Source of the DNA: Eledone cirrhosa
Taxonomy: Eukaryota
Direction of reading: 5' to 3'
DNA length: 64,000 nucleotides
Assembly: GCA_964016885.1 (NCBI GenBank)
Contig: OZ024740.1
Span: 51,584,001 to 51,648,000, forward strand
The notes beneath the pieces were generated by a model. The model searched no databases and was not told the DNA's origin. It saw only the letters and a list, made by a program, of their open reading frames with translations. Shown here in pieces: positions 30,701 to 40,515 of this stretch; positions within the stretch are counted from its first letter, which is position 1; every line of letters begins with the position of its first letter. The translations under genes and the position numbers were made by a program.

Positions 30701-33685
30701 TGGTGTTGTGTGTAACCATTGGTATCGTGTGTAACCAATGGTGTCATGTGTAACCAATGCTATTGTGTGTAACCAATGGTATTGTGTGTAACCAATGGTG
30801 TTGTGTGTAACCAATGGTGTCGTGTGTAACCAATGGTATTGTGTGTAATCATTTGTGTCGTGTGTAACCAATGGTGTCGTGTGTAACCAATGGTCTTGTG
30901 TGTAACCAATGGTCTTGTGTGTAACCAATGGTGTCATGTGTAATCAATGGTATTGTGTGTAACCAATGGTGTCATGTGTAACCAATGGTGTCGTGTGTAA
31001 CCTATGGTATTGTGTGTAACCAATGGTGTCGTGTGTAACCAATGGTGTTGTGTGTAATCAATGGTGTCGTGTGTAACCAATGGTGTCATGTGTAATCAAT
31101 GGTGTCGTGTGTAACCAATGGTATTGTGTGTAACCAATGGTGTTGTGTGTAACCAATGGTATTGTGTGTAACCAATGGTGTTGTGTGTAACCAATGGTGT
31201 CGTGTGTAACTATAGTGTCATGTGTAACCAATGGTATTGTGTGTAACCAATGGTGTTGTGTGTAATCAATGGTGTTGTGTGTAACCAATGGTGTTGTGTG
31301 TAACCAATGCTATTGTGTGTAACCGTTGGTATTGTGTGTAACCATTGGTATTGTGTGTAACCATTGGTATTGTGTGTAACCAATGGTATTGTGTGTAACC
31401 AATGGTATTGTGTGTAACCAATGGTATTGTGTGTAACCAATGGTGTTGTGTGTAACCAATGGTATTGTGTGTAACCAATGGTGACATATGTAACCAATGG
31501 TGTCGTGTGTAACCAATGGTGTTGTGTGTAACCAATGGTGTCGTGTGTAACCAATGGTGTCGTGTGTAACCAATGGTGTTGTGTGTAACCAATGATGTTG
31601 TGTGTAACCAATGGTATTGTGTGATACCAATGGTGTTGTGTGTAACCAATGGTGTCGTGTGTATCCAATGGTGTCGTGTGTAACCAATGGTGTTGTGTGT
31701 AATCAATGGTGTCGTGTGTAACCAATGGTGTCATGTGTAATCAATGGTGTCGTGTGTAACCAATGGTGTTGTGTGTAACCAATGGTGTTGTGTGTAACCA
31801 ATGGTGTCGTGTGTAACTATAGTGTCATGTGTAACCAATGGTATTGTGTGTAACCAATGCTGTTGTGTGTAACCAGTGGTGTTGTGTGTAACCAATGGTG
31901 TTGTGTGTAACCAATGGTATTGTGTGTAACCATTGGTATTGTGTGTAACCATTGGTATTGTGTGTAACCATTGGTATTGTGTGTAACCATTGGTATTGTG
32001 TGTAACCATTGGTATTGTGTGTAACCATTGGTATTGTGTGTAACCATTGGTGTCGTGTGTAACCAATGGTGTTGTGTGTAACCATTCGTATCGTGTGTAA
32101 CGAATGGTATTGTGTGTAACCAATGGTGTCGTGGGTAACCGATGGTATTGTGCGTAACGAATGGTGTTGTGTGTAACCAATGGTGTTGTGTGTAACCATT
32201 GGTGTCGTGTGTAACCAATGCTATTGTGTGTAACCAATGGTATTGTGTGTAACCAATGGTGTTGTGTGTAACCAATGGTGCCGTGTGTAACCAATGGTAT
32301 TGTGTGTAACCAATGGTGTCGTGCATAACCAATGGTATTGTGTGTAACCAATGGTGTCGTGTGTAACCAATGGTGTCGTGTGTAACCAATGGTATTGTGT
32401 GTAACCAATGGTGCTGTGTGTAACCAATGGTGTCGTGTGTAACCAATGGTATTGTGTGTAACCAATGGTGTTGTGTGTAACAAATGGTTTTGTGTGTAAC
32501 AATGGTGTTGTGTGTAACCAATGCTGTTGTGTGTAACCAATGGTGTTGTGTGTAACCAATGCTGTTGTGTGTAACCAATGGTGTTGTGTGTAACTAATGG
32601 TGTTGTGTGTAACCAATGGTATTGTGTGTAACCATTGGTATTGTGTGTAACCATTGGTATTGTGTGTGACATATGTAACCAATGGTGTCGTGTGTAACCA
32701 ATGGTGTTGTGTGTAACCAATGGTGTCGTGTGTAACCAATGGTGTCGTGTGTAACCAATGGTGTTGTGTGTAACCAATGATGTTGTGTGTAACCAATGGT
32801 ATTGTGTGATACCAATGGTGTTGTGTGTAACCAATGGTGTCGTGTGTATCCAATGGTGTCGTGTGTAACCAATGGTGTTGTGTGTAATCAATGGTGTCGT
32901 GTGTAACCAATGGTGTCATGTGTAATCAATGGTGTTGTGTGTAACCAATGCTGTTGTGTGTAACCAATGGTGTTGTGTGTAACCAATGCTGTTGTGTGTA
33001 ACCAATGGTGTTGTGTGTAACTAATGGTGTTGTGTGTAACCATTGGTATTGTGTGTAACCAATGGTATTGTGTGTAACCATTAGTATTGTACGTAACCAA
33101 TGGTACTGTGTGTAACCATTGGTATTGTGTGTAACCAATGGTGTTGTGTGTAACCATTGTTGTTGTGTGTAACCAATGGTGTTGTGTGTAACCATTGGTG
33201 TTGTGTGTAACCAATGGTGTTGTGTGTACCCAATGGTATTGTGTGTAACCATTGGTATTGTGTGTAACCAATGGTGTCGTGTGTAACCATTGGTGTTGTG
33301 TGTAACAAATGGTATTGTGTGTAACCAATGGTGTCGTGCATAACCAATGATATTGTGTGTAACCAATGGTATTGTGTGTAACCATTGGTGTTGTGTGTAA
33401 CCAATGGTATTGTGTGTAACCAATGGTGTTGTGTGTAACCAATGGTGTTGTGTGTAACCAATGGTGTTGTGTGTAACCAATGGTATTGTGTGTAACCAAT
33501 GGTATTGTGTGTAACCAATGGTATTGTGTGTAACCAATGGTGTTGTGTGTAACCATTGGTATTGTGTGTAACCAATGGTATTGTGTGTAACCATTGGTAT
33601 TGTGTGTAACCATTGGTATTGTGTGTAACCAATGGTGTTGTGTGTAACCAATGGTGATGTGTGTAACCAATGGTGCTGTGTGTAA
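771..33685. repeat. 33 kb tandem satellite, 19-bp monomer GTGTGTAACCAATGGT(GTT/GTC/ATT), about 1,730 copies, with higher-order repeats
   Basis: Continuous head-to-tail 19-mers with sharp edges. Rare variants recur at kb spacing: ACAGAT at 1421, 11625, 20847, 26937 and GAAAGG at 2981, 5676, 12881, 22103, 28098. Confidence 0.99.
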
Positions 33686-33946
33686 ATATTGGTATAAAAA
33701 ATGTTTAGCTGAATCCTAATGTTTTTACTGTGTAGTGAGAGAGGGAAGAGTAGAGCAAATGATGCTTTATTCATTTTTTTTTCGTGGATTGCAAGAATTG
33801 TGGGAGGAATTTATCCTCTTGCTAGAGGCCTGGCCCAAATGCTTGCAGCAGAGTGAACTTTGTTAAAGGCACCCAAAGAACAGATTGTGGTTTTAAACCA
33901 GGCAATGGATTAAGCCTACCACCCAGTTTTTATTGTATAGTAAATG

Positions 33947-34100
33947 CATCATCCTCATCATCATTTTACATCCGCTTTCCATGCTAGCATGGGTTAGAGA
34001 GGTTGTCATGATCTGAGATAAGACAGGTCAGAGCAAGCTGTCTTGCTCATATGTTTCATATTTAGCATGGTTTCTACAGCTGGATGCCTTTCCTAATGTC
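33947..34100 (-). mobile_element. Diverged RTE-type 3' tail fragment
   Basis: catcatcattttacatccgctttccatgctagcatgggttaga...cagctggatgcc is the reverse complement of the RTE 3' end at 36360-36503. Confidence 0.7.
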
Positions 34101-34514
34101 AGCTATCTTACAAGGGGTACTGAGTGCGTTTTTTTCAAGGTACCAACACTAACATTTTACAGAGTTAACTGGGTGCATTTGTTTATGGCACTAACACTTA
34201 TACTTTACAGGATATATTGAGTGCATTCATCCCGACTGAAGGGTTCCCTCAAACCCTATATTGTCTGTTTTATTGCCAACACATTAGCCTTTGGTTTCTT
34301 ACTACATTTACTTTTTGTATCTCAGTGCTTGTACAGGCGGGCAGGTCATTTGTATTATGGCATGTCCCATTCAGTTGAGTTCTATGTCACCTCCTTCAGA
34401 AGGTACAATTTCTGGAAGTCATTTTTCACATCTTTGTAAAGTAGCAGTGGTGATATCACAACAAAATGCACTCTGTAAAGTAACAGTGCCGATGCCGGGA
34501 TAAAATGCAGTCAG

Positions 34515-34665
34515 TACACACTGTAAAATAGTTGGCATCAGAAAGAGCAAATGAAATGCATAAGAAAGTCGTCACCATCTGACTTTTGTAATTAGTCTTA
34601 GAATATGATAACCTGCCCAACCCATGCTAGTGTGGAACAAGGACATAAATTGGTGATGATGATGG
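34515..34665 (+). mobile_element. Diverged RTE-type 3' tail fragment
   Basis: cacactgtaaa...cccatgctagtgtggaac...gtgatgatgatg resembles the RTE 3' UTR and tail. Confidence 0.6.
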
Positions 34666-34804
34666 TATTAACTATGGAGGGATTTAAATACTGAATGTTA
34701 TAAGTTTCAATAGTTTAAAGCATTTCGTCTGATGCTATGCTAATTCTATCTACTACCACCCTCTCAAAACACATAATAGAACCTCATGAGCCAAGAAGGG
34801 GACC

Positions 34805-34950
34805 TTGAACTACTAGAAATAGCAGCAAAAATTCCCTAAAATCACATTGTACCCATCTTAGAAAAGGATACATTGGATAAATTTGTACTGACTGAAAGCA
34901 TGTTTCAACATAGTTCTGATGGATCAAGTCTGACCTAGGGCTAAATGACA
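34805..34950 (+). repeat. Old interspersed repeat copy (same family as 540-720)
   Basis: ctagaaatagcagc...aaggata...tgacctagggctaaa, opposite orientation to 540-720. Confidence 0.5.
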
Positions 34951-35338
34951 TCATCATTGTTTATAACAAACAAATGAAAACACTCCCTCTTGCTCTAAAA
35001 TACAAATCTTGAATTAGAGCTATAAATATCTATTTCAAACAAGCTGTCAATCAGGTATAAGATTAATAGGTTAATTGGTTTATAATTGAATAAAAATGTA
35101 TGATAGTAAAGTAAGGACAAACAAGAGGTTGTTAAACTTATCTGAAACAATATATAATGCAGACTCTTGACAAATATATATTATTTATGTTTTCCCCCTC
35201 TGTCACACAGCATAGACAAGATGGCCAGTAGTCAGAGCAGCTGCAAACTATATCTATCTTTCTATCGATCTGCATGTCTATTTCTGTCTGTTTATGTCTC
35301 TGCCCCCCCCCCTCTCTCTCTATACATATATATATAGT

Positions 35339-36503
35339 CAACATGACAAAGACTAAGGTCCTTGTAAGTAGACGAGAAAACAGAACCCAGATCTCCTCAG
35401 GGAAATGGCCTTGCTCAGTATGTAGGAAAGGTGTAGGTAGGAACTCCATTCTCTGCCCCAAATGCAAACAATGGGTACACAAGAGATGTAGCGGGATCTC
35501 AGGAAGCTTAATTAAGAATGTAGGCTTCACATGTAGCAGCTGGGCTGGGACAGCAAGCAGCAAACAGCCACAGGAAACAAGTACCACCAACCTCTGGGAG
35601 GGCTCTGTAGAGACAGTTGACAGCTTCTGCTACCTAGGTGACCGAATTAGCAGCGGAGGTGGGTGTTCAGAAAGTACAATAACTAGGGTAAGAACGGGAT
35701 GGAAGAAGTTCAGGGAACTACTGCCACTGCTAGCTGCAAAAGGCTTCTCCCTCAAAATGAAAGGCAGACTGTATGATGCGTGTATACGAACAGCAATGTT
35801 ACATGGTAGTGAGACCTGGGTGCTGAAGGTGGAAGACTTACGTAGATTAGAAAGAAACAAAGCCTGCATGCTCCGATGGATGTGTAATAGTAATATACGC
35901 GAACGGCAAAGCATAAATGAATTGAGAGAGAGACTGAGCATAAGAGGAATCAAATGCTGTGTGCAGGAGAGGCGGTTGCGTTGGTATGGACATGTGATGC
36001 GTATGAAGGATGACAGCTGCATAAAAAGGTGCAGAGCACTAGAAGTCAATGGAAACCGCGGAGTGGGGAGACCCAAGAAGACCTGGGATGAGGTGATAAA
36101 AGCCGACCTTACCCAATTACACCTCTCAAAGGCGATGACACACGACCGTGACCTCTGGCATCATGCAGTAATACAGAGTACCCGACCTCCTATGGGTACA
36201 AGCTGAAACATATAGACAATATGCCTCCACACTCTCCCACTGCAAAGTGGTCGCGGAGGTGCCATGGCAAAAAAGCACCCAGCCCACACTGTAAAGTGGA
36301 CGTGTAGGCGCCACGGAAAAAAGCACCCAGCACTCAGTGTAAATGAGGTTAGTGTTAGGAAGGGCATCCAGCTGTAGAAATCAAGCCAAAATCAGTTCCT
36401 GTATGAGCAAGGTACGGTCAGCTGACCAGACACTGCCCATAACAGGACAACCCGTCTAACCCATGCTAGCATAGAAGAACGGACGTAAAACGGTGATGAT
36501 GAT
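35339..36503 (+). mobile_element. 5'-truncated RTE LINE (PHD-like finger, RT C-terminus, 3' UTR, (GAT)n tail)
   Basis: ORF to 36206 (KTKV...CSVCRKGVGRNSILCPKCKQWVHKRC...FCYLG...LHGSETW...RRLRWYGHVMR...GRPKKTW) is highly similar to 51752-53881 and ends in cggtgatgatgat. Flanked by (TA)n. The ORF N-terminus before 35339 is microsatellite-derived. Confidence 0.93.
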
Positions 36504-36520
36504 ATAAATATATATTATAT

Positions 36521-37199
36521 ATATGTAAATATGATAATAATGGAGCTGCGGCGTTGCAAATGGGTTACATATGAAAAAGTTTGTCCTTCATCAGTGGTCT
36601 TCCAACCGTCCGAGGCATTTCATCGCTTTAAGGGCCATATACCTCAGGTTGGTGTGAGCAACGGCTAAAAAGAGTCGTTGGGACACGTAAATAAAGCGGA
36701 CGCTAGGGTAAACAAACAAAATGGTTTAAGCAACAGAAAGTGATGAAGAAAGAGACAAGTCCCAGATTTCTATGAATATAAATTCTGTGAAATCGTGAAC
36801 GAGAGAATAAAGACCATCAAACCTGGTTGAAATGTGAGCAGGGAAGGAATTTCGCACAGGTCTAACGGGAGGAAGAAGAAGGGGTCTGGTCTGCGAATTC
36901 GGTAAACATAAGTTCTGTGAAGTCGCAGACAAGAGAGAGAGAGAAAAAAAAAATTCATACCGGCTTGGTCAAGAGCGCGCGGGAAAAGAAATCGGACAGG
37001 TCAAGCGGGAAGAAAGAGGAGGAGGAGAGGTAGTGACAGAGAATGAGTGAGTGAAGGGTGAGGAAGAGGCTAACAGAGAGAGAGACTGCTAGAAAGGGTA
37101 AAGATACAAAGAACGAAACAGACGGGTAGCAGCAGAGGAAAAAATATATGTGTAAATATGATAATAAAGGAGCTGCGGCGTTGCAAATGGGTTACATAT
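36521..37199 (-). mobile_element. Non-coding ~627-bp unit with ~50-bp terminal direct repeat (pLTR/retrozyme-like); same family as 47271-48200
   Basis: tgtaaatatgataataa...gggttacatat at 36524 and 37151. Reverse complement is homologous to 47271-47895. Confidence 0.75.
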
Positions 37200-37212
37200 A
37201 TATATATATGGG

Positions 37213-37296
<84 letters not shown>

Positions 37297-37328
37297 ATAT
37301 ATTATATATATATATTATATATTATATT
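37196..37328. repeat. (TA)n microsatellite; others at about 37603-37765, 46767-46862, 49498-49738, 51600-51687, 62163-62233, 62594-62682
   Basis: Direct reading. Confidence 0.97.
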
Positions 37329-37330
37329 AC

Positions 37331-37500
37331 AGTTCCACACTGTAAATGTGGTTGGTGTTAGGAAGGACATCCAGCCGTAGAAAACCCGCCAGACAGTCCT
37401 ATGCGAGCAAGACAACCACTCTTGCCTCAAGTGGGAAAACTCCCGTCCAAACCCATGCAAGCGTGGAATATGGACGTTAAACGATGATGATGATGATGAT
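37331..37500 (+). mobile_element. RTE 3'-end fragment
   Basis: Closely matches 54069-54245 and ends in (GAT)n. Confidence 0.9.
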
Positions 37501-37601
37501 ATATATATATATATGTCCTCCACCTACCCCCCACTCTCCTGAGCGTGAATCTAATAAACATTTGTCGTACTGCCTCTCTGTTCTGTCCCTGTTCAATTTT
37601 T

Positions 37602-37766
<165 letters not shown>

Positions 37767-37903
37767 TAGAAAGTGAGGTTTTTTTTACAAAATGAAAAAT
37801 AACCGAGGTGTCCTACACGAGTGGAAGTATAAAGAAAAAGGGATGAAATCGAAAATGCAACTGAAGTCTTATTTTTTTTAAAAATATATATATTTATTTG
37901 GTT

Positions 37904-37941
37904 CCTTTACCGGTTTCACAGTTCTTCTGCTTTTCAAAAGG
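37904..37941 (-). ncRNA. Hammerhead ribozyme motif (U3-A8), inverted pLTR copy
   Basis: CCTT-TTGAAAA-GCAG aagaa CTGT-GAAA-CCGG-TA-AAGG; one C>T gives a G-U pair at the base of stem II. Confidence 0.7.
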
Positions 37942-38533
37942 TGAGTTGAGATGGAGGGTCTGTGGTTTTTCTCACATCTGGTTGGTCTCTAAATGTTACT
38001 TGTTTTATATGGAAAAAGTGGCTCGAAAACCAGGTTTTTCGAGAAGTAATTTGATTGGTTTGTCAATAATTATAATAAATTTCGCGCCAGTTCGCGTTAC
38101 AATAGTTCTTCAAATAAGAGAGGGGGGGGGGTTGTCACAGGTTGTTTTTTCATATATGAGTGTTTGAATTTCTTTTTACTTGAAAAAATGAGGCTCACGA
38201 AGGCTTTTTTTTGGTTGGTTATAAATGAAATTTGGCTGTCACGTGAACAAGTTTTCATTACATTTTTGCGCCCTTATTTGGAAAACTATTCTGTAGTCTT
38301 TATAGTGAATGTTATGACAATGGAGAGATAGTGGTCAAGGGAAAAGGGATTGGGAGAAATGTTCTGGTTCAGTGAATATGGCCAGCTGTCAGAGTTCAGG
38401 TGTCAGAGTTCAGATTTTCTATTGAGACTGAAGATATGTGTTTATTTGTGTGCTTGTGTGTGTGTATATGTGTGTGTGTGTATGTGTGTATTGGAAGATG
38501 ATTCTATTAGTAGAGATGGGGGAGGGAGTTGTG

Positions 38534-39286
38534 CGAAATAAAAGACTTCAAGAATTAAAGGAAATTCTACTTGAGAGAGAGTACCCACTATTACTAATAA
38601 ATAATGGAATAGAAAGGGCTAAAGCAATAGGCATTGATGAATTACGGAAACAGAAACAAATTCAAGGTACGTCCAATATTCTATCATATATCTCAACACA
38701 CAACCCAAGAAATGCGGAAGCTTACAACACTATTCACAATAACATCCCACTACTAAAACAAAACCCAAGAATGAAAAAAGCCCTTGAAACACACAAAATA
38801 ATCAAAAGCAAAAGACAACCAAAATCACTGAAAACATTACTCACCAATGCCAAATTACCTACCACAAACCCACAACCAAGTATCAAAAAATGTGGTCGCT
38901 CTAATTGTGGAACCTGCACTCACCTCATTGAAGGCAACACGCATACATTTAAATCAGGACAACATTTTACTGTAAAAAATCACTTCACTTGCTCATCAAA
39001 AAATCTAATTTATGCCATTAAATGTAAAGGATGCAATGAAGATTATATAGGACAAACTAAACTCACACTCAGAAACAGAATGACAGTTCATCGCCAACAA
39101 TTACGAGATCCAACCACGAGACAGATACCACTAAGTGCACATCTAGACATTTGCGCAAGTAATAAGACACCCAAATTCCAAGTCTTCCCATTTTACCTTT
39201 GCGCTAACAATACAACAGAACAAATGCGAATAAATAAGGAAAATATGTTTATTCAAAAATATAGACCAACATTAAATAAGGTTTAA
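38534..39286 (+). pseudogene. PLE RT thumb end, Zn-finger linker and GIY-YIG endonuclease (5'-truncated)
   Basis: REYP...CGRSNCGTC...FTCSSKNLIYAIKCKGCNEDYIGQT...RMTVH...H...E..FI...PTLN. Confidence 0.92.
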
Positions 39287-39754
39287 TATACATTATGTCA
39301 ACACCACAATATGACATACACACACACACATAACACCTACTTTAGAAAATAAAAACCCGAACTAAATAAACCTTAAACATACGTTTGCACTGGCAATACA
39401 ACAGCAAACACGAAAAAGTCAGGAAAATATGTTCATTCAAAAATATTCCTACTAAAGGAATCATTTTCCTACACACACACAATATATATATATATATATA
39501 TTCTCTTCATCTTAACATGCTAACCATACTCCCACACACATAACACCCATACACACACATAACAACCCCCACACCTACAACACCCTCCCCATTTCTACTA
39601 ATAGAACCACTTTCCTACACACATATATATATACACACACACAAAAAATATATATTCTCTCTATCTAACATACTCGCACACACACACATAACACCCATAT
39701 ACACACACACACAACTCCCTCCCCCATCTCTACTAATAGAATCATCTTCTAATA

Positions 39755-39802
<48 letters not shown>

Positions 39803-40320
39803 AGCACACAAATAAACACATATCTTCAGTCTCAATAGAAAATCTGAACTCTGACACCTGAACTCTGACAGCTGGCCATATTCACTGAACCAGAACATTT
39901 CTCCCAATCCCTTTTCCCTTGACCACTATCTCTCCATTGTCATAACATTCACTATAAAGACTACAGAATAGTTTTCCAAATAAGGGCGCAAAAATGTAAT
40001 GAAAACTTGTTCACGTGACAGCCAAATTTCATTTATAACCAACCAAAAAAAAGCCTTCGTGAGCCTCATTTTTTCAAGTAAAAAGAAATTCAAACACTCA
40101 TATATGAAAAAACAACCTGTGACAACCCCCCCCCCCCCCCTCTCTTATTTGAAGAACTATTGTAACGCGAACTGGCGCGAAATTTATTATAATTATTGAC
40201 AAACCAATCAAATTACTTCTCGAAAAACCTGGTTTTCGAGCCACTTTTTCCATATAAAACAAGTAACATTTAGAGACCAACCAGATGTGAGAAAAACCAC
40301 AGACCCTCCATCTCAACTCA

Positions 40321-40358
40321 CCTTTTGAAAAGCAGAAGAACTGCGAAACCGGTAAAGG
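40321..40358 (+). ncRNA. Minimal type I hammerhead ribozyme, U3-A8 variant
   Basis: Stem I CCTT/AAGG, core TTGAAAA, stem II GCAG/CTGC, GAAA, palindromic stem III ACCGGT, cleavage triplet GUA. Confidence 0.8.
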
Positions 40359-40452
40359 AACCAAATAAATATATATATTTTTAAAAAAAATAAGACTTCA
40401 GTTGCATTTTCGATTTCATCCCTTTTTCTTTATATATATATATATATATATA

Positions 40453-40515
40453 TCATCATCATCATCATCATCATTTTACGTCCGCTTTTCCCTGCTTGCA
40501 AGGGTGGGACGGGTC
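40453..40515 (-). mobile_element. RTE-type 3' tail abutting the CR1-group ORF2
   Basis: cccgtcccacccttgcaagcagggaaaagcggacgtaaaa(tga)n resembles the RTE tail cccgtccaaacccatgcaagcgtggaacacggacgttaaa at 54176-54215. Confidence 0.8.

Noticed and set aside
680-33670. Dozens of His/Thr-rich ORFs as real genes
   Set aside because: They are translations of a 19-bp repeat that is stop-free on one strand. All three frames give the same peptide and indels ignore frame.
771-33685. CRISPR array or telomeric repeat
   Set aside because: Monomers are contiguous with no unique spacers, there are no cas genes, the context is eukaryotic, and there is no TTAGGG motif.
540-34950. Inverted repeats flanking the satellite as ends of a giant transposon
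   Set aside because: The copies are highly diverged, asymmetrically placed and appear to belong to an abundant interspersed family.
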